64,000 bases of DNA, from assembly GCA_002811645.1 (NCBI GenBank), contig PDIP01000077.1, positions 97,086 through 161,085 on the forward strand, written 5' to 3'. Origin of the DNA: Corallochytrium limacisporum Hawaii. Taxonomy: Eukaryota; Protista; Pluriformea. Made by a program: the position numbers and the translations under genes. The notes under the pieces are model-generated. The model did not search any database, was not told the origin of the DNA, and saw only the letters and a list, made by a program, of their open reading frames with translations. How positions within the stretch are numbered: position 1 is the first letter of the stretch; every line of letters starts with the position of its first letter. This document shows positions 9,118-19,800 of the stretch, piece by piece.

Positions 9118-12100
9118 TCAATTGAACATATCATTGCGGGCCAAACCGTTTCCGGTACCGTCCACACTGCCGTTCATGTATGATGCCACAGAAGGAACCA
9201 CCGTGACATCGCCACCGGCTGCCGCATCGTCTCCATTAAACAGAGGGTTTGCGTATTCCTTGGTCGAAGTCTTGAACAGAGGGTTCTCATCTGCACGCCA
9301 GCGGGCATTGGCACGCTCTGCCTCAAACTTGGCCCACTCACGGCGGTCCATGATCACTCCGTAGACCTTGAAAGCAATGATGGCCAACAAACCGATGAGC
9401 AGGGTAATGCCACCAGCAATTACCGGAATCTGCACTTCGGGCTTCTCGATTACTCGCGTTGACGTTACGAGCTCAGGGCATTCGTCGGCGTTTTCAAATG
9501 TAGTGGCACAGAGACGAGGGGCATATTCGCGATAGCGACACACACCAGTACCGCACCACAGGCACTCATCATCATTTGTGCAATCCTCGCAATTATCATG
9601 GTCACCACAGCCGGAACCGGGGCAGTCTGGCAAACCATTAGCCTCAGCTATGTCCTGGTTGCAAATGCCGCAGTCGTCGCCTTCGTAGCCAAGATCGCAG
9701 TTGCAGGTGCCGTCACAGCCGCAGGTGCCCTTGCCAGAGCATTCCTCACCGTTTGTACCGATCGTACAGGTGGTGTCCACACAACTGCAGTCATTTACGG
9801 ACTTGTTCGGATCGGCTTTGAACCCTTCATCACACTCACACACAGAGCAGGTGCAGCTACCATTGCCGGAGCACTCTCGCGCAAGATTATCCTTCGGGCA
9901 GAGACCCTCCAGACAAGTGCAAGTAGTGGGGTCGGTATAGTAAGACTCAGTAATGGGTAGGTCGCATTCGCATTCACCGCAGCGGAAGGTATTGGTAGAG
10001 TCGTAGCCAATGATGCAGGTACCATTGTCGTAGGGGTGGCTGCCAGTGCAATTTCCAAGGTTGTTAATGCAGTTGCTCTCCGCAACGGCAATCTCACATC
10101 CACAGGCAGGGCCCGTAAATCCTTCGTCACACTCGCACGCACCACAGTCGCCGCTACATTCGCCTCTGCCGGAGCAAATAAGACCGTTGGAACCAATGGG
10201 ACAAGCACCAATACGGCATTCACAGGCATCGCCTGTGTAGCCGGGCGGGCACGTGCATGTTCCACACTCTCCAGGGGTGCTAGTGTTGCAGGAACCGACT
10301 CCTCCACACTCTTGATCAAAACTGTCCTTCGGGCACACGGTAGTGTCAGGGCAGGCGCAAGATGGAGCTAGGAAGCCCTCATCACAGGTGCACTCGCCAC
10401 AATTGCAACTACCATTGCCGGCGCAGTTGAAGGGGCAAGGGGCGGTGCTGCAGGAGCAGTCATCGCCAGTATAGTCCGCGTCGCAGATGCATTCGCCGCA
10501 GTCACATGTTCCGTTGTTGGAGCATTCTTCGTCAGCGTCATTCGTGGGGCACGCGCCATCTGCACCCGTGGGACAGCGGCAGTTGGGATCGGCGTCAAAG
10601 CCGTCCTTGGATGCATAGATACCCTGGCACTCACAGGTACCACAGTTGCAAACGCCACCGTTGTTCTCCTCATTGCAACCGCCATCACAGAAAAGGGCAC
10701 ACTCGCACGCATCACCTTCCCATCCAGCTTCACACTCGCAGAACGGCTCACAGATGTCAATGGAATCAACGGCATTATTGCATGTGCCGTGGCCGTTGCA
10801 TTCCACAGATTCGTGCATTGGGCAGTTGGCTGCCGGGCTATCGCTACAAAGACATTTAGATTCGCTGGTAAAGCCAGCGCTGCAGTTGCATTCGCCGCAC
10901 TCGCAGACACCGTTACCATTGCAGATGCCACCGTTATCATCGAGGCAGCCCTCAATGGTGGAACAAGCGCAGTTGTCGCCACCAACAATGTCAGTGTCTT
11001 TCTCCCAGCCAACGTCACATTCGCAGGCTCCGCATACGCATGTACCACGACCAGAACAGACCAAGCCATTGTCTGGATCGATACATTCGGAGTTGTCGCC
11101 TGATCCAGTGTTGCAGGCGCAGTCGACTCCTTCATATCCATCTTCACAGACGCACAGACCACAGTCTGAGTCAGTGCCAGAGCCGACGGTACCGTCATCA
11201 TCGCATGTGCGCAGAGACAGGCCAGCTCCCGCACAGTCACATGCATCCAGCAGACTTACATCGATGGTCACATCGCTGAAACCCAGGAAGGAAATCACGA
11301 TCGAACCATCAGTCTGAGGAGACTCATCGTTCCACTCAAGCACAATGTTCACAGTGCGACTTTCTCCGATGGGCACATTGTCGTAGCGACTGGGAGCAAT
11401 ATTGCTGATAAATCCAGCATAGTCACCATCCTGGACCTTGGGGACAATGGTTCCAGCGATTTCATTGTAGGCAGACTCAATAACAGCAAGAATGTTGGAA
11501 GAGTCCGTGGAAATCTCACCAACGGATCCGAAGGAGATGGTGTCAGCAAAATCCTGGTACTTGTCAGATGCGTCGGTTCCGACGGCAAAAATGGGGACAA
11601 TGTTTTGCTGGACAAGGGCTTCTGCTACCTGTCCGATGGATGGAGTGCGCTTGGTAAGGGAGGCAGAGTTGATCAGGTCACCCTCACCATTGGGTGCGTA
11701 ACAGGTGGCGGTACTGCGGTCGAAGATGGCATTTGCAGGATCGTCAGGTAGCTCCGCATCGTGACTGAGATGGAAGGTAGCATCGGTGGCCAACAGCAGA
11801 ATGTTGCGGCGATCGGCACCGCTCCAGCCACCACACATCACACCCTGCATGAGGGCTTCCAGTTGTGATTCGCTGACATCACCACCGTCACGCAGAGAAG
11901 CGTCAGATAGTGATCGAGCGAAGGCATCAGCATTCGTACTGAAGGTACCGTCCATGTGACGGGAGCCGGGACGGTAGACGTAGTCAAAGTCCCGACCGAA
12001 CGGTTCGATGGGTTTATCAACATGGGAAGCCAAGCTGAGGTAGGCGCACTCGCTACCACCGCCAGGCACATAAGTACCACCGCTGCAGAGTCCGTTTAAG

Positions 12101-12561
12101 AAATCAGTCAGATCGTTACCAAGGGCCACCACGGCGTCTTGATCATCACCCATACTATAACTCATGTCGAAGAGGTACAAGAAATTAATGGGCTTATGCG
12201 TGGGTGTGATAACGATAGGTACAGTCAAAGGCTCATCTTTCCGTAGCGATACCTGCACTGATGTGGGTGCGACGTCACCGTAAGTGGCCCCATCGGTGCT
12301 ACTGTCAATGCTACTGGAGGGATTATACCACTGATTGGAGGCGCACGTACCCTGGACGTCCTTGCAGGTGGTATCTCCCGCACACCAGCCGCACAAGTCA
12401 TCGCTTACGATGCACTCATCACAGGTCTGACGAGCTGCACAAATCTCGGCAGGGGTCTGGGCAGAGATCTGGCTACTGCTCAGGGTAAGCAGTGCAAGTA
12501 GACCGGCCAAACCAAGACTACCAAGTGTCTGCCAACCAAAATTTTGCTGTGACTTAGCCAT
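9118..12561 (-). CDS. Integrin beta subunit with an extended EGF stalk
   Basis: Signal peptide; PSI domain (C..RQTCDECI....CGWC); betaI/VWA domain with MIDAS FDMSYSMGDD, ESQLEALMQ, LLATDATFH and NIVPIFAV; about 12 Cys-rich integrin-EGF repeats; TM helix; tail KVYGVIMDRREWAKFEAERANARW..ENPLF..ANPLF. Confidence 0.96.
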   Translation of the reverse strand: MAKSQQNFGWQTLGSLGLAGLLALLTLSSSQISAQTPAEICAARQTCDECIVSDDLCGWCAGDTTCKDVQGTCASNQWYNPSSSIDSSTDGATYGDVAPTSVQVSLRKDEPLTVPIVITPTHKPINFLYLFDMSYSMGDDQDAVVALGNDLTDFLNGLCSGGTYVPGGGSECAYLSLASHVDKPIEPFGRDFDYVYRPGSRHMDGTFSTNADAFARSLSDASLRDGGDVSESQLEALMQGVMCGGWSGADRRNILLLATDATFHLSHDAELPDDPANAIFDRSTATCYAPNGEGDLINSASLTKRTPSIGQVAEALVQQNIVPIFAVGTDASDKYQDFADTISFGSVGEISTDSSNILAVIESAYNEIAGTIVPKVQDGDYAGFISNIAPSRYDNVPIGESRTVNIVLEWNDESPQTDGSIVISFLGFSDVTIDVSLLDACDCAGAGLSLRTCDDDGTVGSGTDSDCGLCVCEDGYEGVDCACNTGSGDNSECIDPDNGLVCSGRGTCVCGACECDVGWEKDTDIVGGDNCACSTIEGCLDDNGGICNGNGVCECGECNCSAGFTSESKCLCSDSPAANCPMHESVECNGHGTCNNAVDSIDICEPFCECEAGWEGDACECALFCDGGCNEENNGGVCNCGTCECQGIYASKDGFDADPNCRCPTGADGACPTNDADEECSNNGTCDCGECICDADYTGDDCSCSTAPCPFNCAGNGSCNCGECTCDEGFLAPSCACPDTTVCPKDSFDQECGGVGSCNTSTPGECGTCTCPPGYTGDACECRIGACPIGSNGLICSGRGECSGDCGACECDEGFTGPACGCEIAVAESNCINNLGNCTGSHPYDNGTCIIGYDSTNTFRCGECECDLPITESYYTDPTTCTCLEGLCPKDNLARECSGNGSCTCSVCECDEGFKADPNKSVNDCSCVDTTCTIGTNGEECSGKGTCGCDGTCNCDLGYEGDDCGICNQDIAEANGLPDCPGSGCGDHDNCEDCTNDDECLWCGTGVCRYREYAPRLCATTFENADECPELVTSTRVIEKPEVQIPVIAGGITLLIGLLAIIAFKVYGVIMDRREWAKFEAERANARWRADENPLFKTSTKEYANPLFNGDDAAAGGDVTVVPSVASYMNGSVDGTGNGLARNDMFN

Positions 12562-15500
12562 TGCGTTTGAATATTTATGTAGAAGAAGTCTGATTCTCTT
12601 TCTTCTTCTTCTCCGTTGCTGTCAATAAATTCTTTAAGATTGGTTCATAATGGGCAAGCCGAGCCCCAGTCAACACAGATCCCTTTGAATGCTAGATGTA
12701 AGCTATTGTGTGTAACGTACCAAATGTTCCGAGCAGATTCTGAGATTTGTACACTATAATACACGCACACTGTTGTATACAGACAAAACACTGTTGTGCT
12801 TGACACAATGCAAATATAAATTTCATGAATAGGATCAATGACATACCTGTTGATTCTCTCGTACCATTAGTGATCTCTGTATTGGCTCAGAGGATGACTG
12901 TTGGTGTCAAGGTATTGGTTACCATCTGGAACAATATAACAATCAACTTCAAGGCGAGTTCTCCACAGCCTAGTTGGAACCCACTCGGACGGTTCTTTCT
13001 CTTTCCTTTACACCCCCGCACATTGCAACACTCCTCTGCCCTGCTCCCTTGGCACGACGGCGTTGGGTACGTGCCGTGCCGTCCGTCAGTCAAAAGCGGA
13101 AAGTTATATCTCAAAACTTGGGAGTGCTGACAAGTTCGGGTCAAAAGCGATAAGCCAACTTGCTGGCGAAGACACTCCGTTTGGGACTGTGTCGTTGTAA
13201 GGGCTGCTGTCCATCCAATCGCAGCAAGGTACAGTTGGAATTGCTACACAAATTCTTTCCCCCATATCGTGCTCCCAACGTAACTGGCTGGCAGAAGTCT
13301 CTGGACTTTGATGGAAAGCAACGAAACTGCACTGTGTGCAGGCGGCCTCATTTTGACAATGTCTCGACTGCTGCAGTGCTATGAACTGCTTCGTGGGTAT
13401 CACAACACCATGGACCCTAATTTGATACCGAATGCGCCGCCATCCATCGATGTACCCTAGACTTCACCTCAGACACGTCAGGCGGAGAGACCACAAGATA
13501 GCTCACCCTAGCCTGCCACCTGGCAACACCAGAGTGCAGCTTTCAGTACAAAAAATACTTCAATAAAAATTCCAAAAATTTAGGAAAGCTGACGGCATGA
13601 TCTTTTCTTGCTGCTCCTGCACGAAAAGGAGGGTTCCCCCCGGGGGGGGGGGGGGAAGAGGGCCCGGTGGGAGAATTTTTTTTTCCCCTTTTTAACGAGT
13701 CTCAAATCCNNNNNNNNNNNNNNNNNNNNNNNNNNNNNNNNNNNNNNNNNNNNNNNNNNNNNNNNNNNNNNNNNNNNNNNNNNNNNNNNNNNNNNNNNNN
13801 NNNNNNNNNNNNNNNNGGAAGAGGGACCGGTGGGAGAATTTTTTTCTCCCCTTTTTAACGAGTCTCAAATCCCGGAGGGTTCTCCGTGAAGAGAGAGGGG
13901 GTTCTTCTATAGAGAGTTTAGGGCCCTCTTCGCCCGGGCGTGGTTGCCATGGGGGTCCACGGAGCGATGGCCTGAGAACTGCAAGTCACACCCCCTGCAG
14001 ACCCCAACGCGCACAGTCTCCAACATGTCCACACGGAAGATTCCGCACCCAAAACCTGCTTGTTAACAGTATTATAGTAGTTGAGTTGTTTTCAAATGTC
14101 GATCTGTTTGCTCACTTGTAAAGAATTCGTCCGTTATACAGTCGGAAGCGGAGGTCCATGATGACGCATTGGCACTGGGACATCAGACGCGGCGGAACAG
14201 AAGTGTGGGTTCTGTACAGTATGCTTTCTGCATCTCCATTGCGACCATCGTCACTTCAGCGTCGTCACAAAAATATACAACACCTTGTGGGATAGAGGAA
14301 ACTCGGACCATGGTCGTTAGATTAACACTTTATTGCTGTTGCTGGCGGAAAAGACAGATTGCTTATCATCTGCACCGCCACCATCCACCATAAAGAACCC
14401 TTTTCAACCCATGCACTCCTCACCAGTCTTTCAACTGCTGAAAATCTCAGGCACGGCCAACGGGTTGAGGCCCCCCTTCCGTGCCGCTCACTGATTGGCT
14501 GCACCGATGAAATTCTGGGAGGCCGGGAGTTCAGGGTTGACAGCGACCCAGTGAGTGAACCCGTGAAATTCGGCTTCGGTACGTGAACCATACCTTTTCT
14601 GTAAGAACAAATTGACGGAAATGCGCCATCCTCGACCATCTCTCCCCGCAATCCCACAGAGTGCACCGGACAAAGATAATGTAGACTTTGCGCAATCTGA
14701 ATGAAGACACTACAATGCTATGCGTCCAAGGAGCTCAACATCTTGCTGACTGTGTTGAAAATTTTCTTTTCATCACCACTATCAACCTCAAATCTCAGGC
14801 AATTCACATTCAGACTGCATCGACTGAAGATAGTATTTTGAGTATTGTGATATGCCTATCTGTGTCGGGCGTAACTATTGCTCCAAGACCATCCTGGAGC
14901 GGGCAATGACTTCATTCATTTTTTTCGTCCGTAGATGCTCGACCATGCCGTGTCGCAGGCGCTGCACTTCCGCTTGTTCGTCAATTCAGCAGTGGGCCCA
15001 CTATAAACTGTGGATGTAGTGCATGAACGCAGCACTCTTCAACCTTGGAACTGTGCGCTGCTGCGCAGTTCATGGGCGGACGAACAGATACACAGATCCA
15101 ACTCCACGCCAATCATAACACAGGGCCCAGCTTAAAGTGAGCCACTGAGCAGTATCAGAAGCAGGAAGCGTGGCTGTGACCGCCTTAAAGGTGCATTCTT
15201 TGGACAATTTTCACCAATTTCATTCAAGCCGCCTCGCTTGGTAAACTATCAACAGCGCGCAGCAAACCTCGCAAGAGCGGGTAGGGTAATGAATGAAAGA
15301 TTTTTCTTTCACGCCCCGAAGGCCTGGTTGCTACGGTGTTCCGCCGATATATTCAGTATGGATAATGGTTGCACTGCCAAAATTTGCGGTGGGCGAACGC
15401 GAAGGACAAAGAAACACACGGACGGAAGAATTTGATCATGGACTTGCTCCACCACAAACGGAATGAAGTTTTAACATCTTTCCTGGGTCAAGGACTCTGG

Positions 15501-16830
15501 GACTTAACTCTTTGCATGCCGAACAAAGATTAGGAAAATCTAATCATGTGCTCGTAGTCCGTTTGAGATAGGAGAGCACGCACCGTATTACACTACAAAT
15601 TTGGAGCGTCCGCGCTGCAATCAATGCCAAAATACCCGCTGTCCGCCAATGAACGGTATCATCATGCGAAACAGAGCACACCGCTGCCAAAGGACGATGG
15701 GTGCTCCTGATGATAATCGTCAGTTGCGAAATCGTGGCCAATATCGGCACCTCCCAATAGCTGATAATGCTTGATTGATAGTACAGGACCTCACATTTGT
15801 GTGCGCAGAGTGGGCATGGCCGGTATGGGCACTTATCATGCGAAGGTGGTCCCCGTTTTCCACCGCTCTTATTTCGCCGACCCAGCTCCTCTCTCTCTGC
15901 CCCCGCCCTCGCCCTGTGCAGGGAGGCTTCATCCCCCGCAGCCCCTACCCTCGTCTCTCGCCTTTGTTGCGGACCCCGCCCCTCCGCAGCACAGTCCTCC
16001 CTCCATGGAGACAAAGGCCACGAAGGTAAGGGGCTCCCGGCGAGGTCCCCCTCTCCGGCCCCCGCCCTTCCGCCGATGGAATGGTTAAGGAAAGAAGGGG
16101 GGGGAAAGCGGTCAAAATTTTTGACCAAGATGCTTGATTGCGAGTGGGTTTAGTGGAGGTTCTGCCGTGCACGATGACCTTGTGTTTCTGAAAAAGAACC
16201 AGTACAGCGGTAGTCAGTGCATGTCTTGCAGAATGCTTCTGTTGCATGTACAATAGCTTATTGGTTGGTGGGTTCATGCCGTGTTTAACGCACACCGTTG
16301 GTGGTACCGAGAAAGCGCTTCGGTATAGTGGGCTGCGAGGGTCAGGGGAACCAATCCGCTGTATGGACTGGTGTGTGGAGCAAGCCAAGATAACAGTATG
16401 ATGAACTTTGGAGAATTGCATCGGCCAATTTTTGCTGTCAGAACCATTGACTAAGAAAGATGAACAGAAAAGCACTTGCTATAGGGAATGTCTGTTCTGC
16501 TGTTGAGTGCGATACTTGTAATAGTGATCTGAAAAACTACATCAAAAGTCGGATCTACACTAAAACAGGTTGGTGGAACATTCTACTTATCATATGTGAG
16601 TAAAGGTGGTAAATACCTCAAAACTTGTGTGAATCAGGGACTGTCGATCGTGTACAGTAGTTTGCTCAAAAATTCATTTCGGGTCCTTGAACAAACGCAG
16701 ACGCATCTGCCTGAGCGTGACCAAAAGATTTCGGAATAAAGTGTGAAATATCCAGATCTTGAGCATAAGATTCTGGTCATAGAAGGGAAAGACTTTGTGG
16801 AACGGTTCGTTTCCAGCACAGCTCGCAAAA
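12562..16830. promoter_or_regulatory. Divergent intergenic region between the integrin beta and alpha start codons (candidate shared regulatory region)
   Basis: About 4.3 kb including one gap, with no credible ORF. Contains G/C-run patches near 13630-13920 and 15880-16110. Confidence 0.5.
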
Positions 16831-19800
16831 ATGCAGTACAGTACGAAGCAGTCTATTACATGGACGGCTCTGTTTCTGTTGGCCGGGAGTGCCGTTGATG
16901 CACAGTATCTTGCCACGAACAGTCTTCCCACCGGTACAATCCCCACAGGTGGTGACGTCAATGCAGACAGTGTGACTACTCTTGCAGGAGGATCTCAGGG
17001 TCTGAACAGTGCTACTCCTGGCTTCGGATACTCTGTCGAGCTTGCTCAGATCTGGGGCTCTTCCGCCGGTAGTCAAGACTTGATTGTTGGTGCTCCTTTC
17101 GAGACCGCCACAGTCAATACCGTAGATTACCAGCGCGGTTCTGTATTGTGGTACGGCAGTAATGGAGATGGCACTTTTGCCTCGGGTGTTGCTTTGAGTC
17201 CTAATTACACAAGGAAAACCTGCGAAACCTGTGAAGAAGAGCATACCCGCTTCGGTCTCAATTTTGCCGCTAACACGATTTCTGGTGACACCTACGGTTC
17301 CGTCTTCTATGGTTCTCAGTACTGCCCGTGTACTGTTATCCACAGCAGTAGCTCTGGTGGTGTAGATGCATCGCCAGACAACGACGAACACTTTGTTCAT
17401 GAGAACTGGTCCTTTGCAATTGGTGAAGTTCCCGTTTCTGGCTGGCGTGGTGAAGGTTTCCGCCACAATCATCTCTACAAAGAATTTTCCGCCGACAACA
17501 GTGTGTCCAGCTACGAGTTGAAGGCCCATGGCTCTACTGTGTATGCCGACCCCAGTCGAAGCTTCTGGATTGTTGGCGACCCTGAGGCTAGCGTTGATGG
17601 TCTGTCCTATGCGGGTTTGGTGTCCATTTTTAACTCAGTGCATTGGAGTACCAACTTCCCGACTCCTATCTGGACCGTGTCCGGTACTCAGTCCGGTGCC
17701 GATTTTGGCTATACTTTGTGCACAGCGGATGTTAATGGCGACGGCAATGATGACATTGTTGTCGGATCTCCCTTGTACTCTAGTTCCAGTGTGCGGAACG
17801 CTGGTCGCGTGGATATTTACCTCGCTGCCAGTTCCAGCTCCTGGTCTACTACTCCAGACTTCACCATAGTCGGCAACAACTCTGGTGATGAGTTCGGCCG
17901 TGCCATCGCTAACTTGGGCGATTTGAACGGTGATGGTGCTGAAGACCTTGCAATTGGTGCTCCGTTTGCTGGTGCTGGTGTAGTCCAAATCTACGCTGGT
18001 AATGACTCTGGCTCTGGAGATGTCGTCTCCCTGTGGCAGAGCATTGAAGGTCTCAACGATGGTGACCAATTCGGTTTCAGCATTAGTCGTGGTGGTTCTG
18101 TCGACAGTGGCTCCAGCGTAGACTGTGCGATTGGTGCACCTGGTGTCGGCTCTGGCGCTGGCAGTGTCTACGTACTTCGTAATGTTGCTGCAACTTCCAT
18201 CACCCTTCAGGCGAATTTGCAGAATCCTGATGGTGTTGACTCGAAGATTGTTGAGGAAGGCACGACCTTGGTTGCCCGCATGGTTGTGCAGAATGACGGT
18301 GTTGTTGACACTGGTGCCTTTGTGGTAAATGTTAGCGTACCTCGTGTCTCCAATGGCGTATGGAATGCTCCCACATCCACATCGGGTCTCTGTTCCCTTG
18401 TGGCCGCCACCAATGGCGCCTCCTGGTCGTGCTCCATCTCAAATGTTGCTGCCGGTGCCACTCTCAACATGGACTTTGTGTACACCTTTGATGCCACCAC
18501 ACGCTACAGTCCTGCTGTGAGCTTTGCCATTGAGCTGGATGCTACCACAGATGTTATTCTAGGATCTACAGATGACTCTTTGACTGTGACCTTGCAGCAG
18601 TCTGCCACGCTTCAGTATACAGGCACTCCTACTCCAGTCATATACAACGACAATGACGACTCAGAGACGGACATTACCATTGGTGAACTTCTAATTCTCA
18701 AGGATGTGCGCAATATTTTGAACTTGGGTATCAGCACTGCCTTTGACGTCAAGTTCGACATTGCGCTACCTGGTGGCTTGACCTTCCGTGAGGTACGCGG
18801 CACTGGTTCCGGTCCAAAACCTCTGTGTTCTGGTCTGACAAGCGTGACCTGCTCTCTGACCTCCCAGCTTGCCAAGGATCAGACCTACTCTGCCCACTCT
18901 GATTATGAATTGGTCTTCTCCACCACCCAGGTGACTTCTCCTACCCTGCAATTGGACATTCGTGCCTTTAGTAGTGGTACTGGCTCGATCACAGAGTCCA
19001 CCAACACCATCAACGTCGCTGTCAGCAGCTCCGAACTGTCTGTTGCCGAGACTGTAGTTGTCTCCAACAACCATCAGGCCGGTGTTTGCTCCGGTAACGA
19101 GCTGGTTGCTGGTTCCACCTTCTCAATGAGTTTCATTGTTGCCAACATTGGAAATGGTGACGCTGCGAATCCGGTATTCTCCCTGGATCTGAACCGTGCC
19201 AACGCTGCTCTGCCTCTTCCTTTCTCCCTTGTTAACGGTGCAATGCCTCGGGTCCGCCTGAGCGACGGAACTACTGTAAACTGTAGCCAGCCTGATGCTG
19301 TGGGGGAACCGTGGGAATTTGACTGTGATCTTAATGGATACACCATTACCGCTGCAACCTCCATTACTATTATGGTTGATGGATACACAGCCGATGACGC
19401 AACTGTTGGTAATCAGCTCACTTTCAGCCTTAGCATTGACGCTCTCGCTGGCGATGGAAGTGACGGCGATAAGATTCGCACTGATGCGGACTCTAATATC
19501 AACGGCAATGGAGTGACAAATGTGGTGACCTGCAAGTACTCTCGTATCCTTGCATCCCTAAGCAATTCGCCTGGAAGCTTGAAGTTCGACCAGCCTTTCA
19601 GTCAGACTTACCGCCTCTACAATCGCGGTCCTTCCACTGTGGATGCCGGAATTGACACGTACACCTTTGATGTGGATTCCACCGTGACCATGGAGGCGCA
19701 GACCGATAGTGAAGACAATTTTGACACCTCTGTCTGCAGCTTTGTAAACGCACAGCAAGTGTCTTGCAATCTGCCCGCTATGGAAGTGAATGAAGGCATC

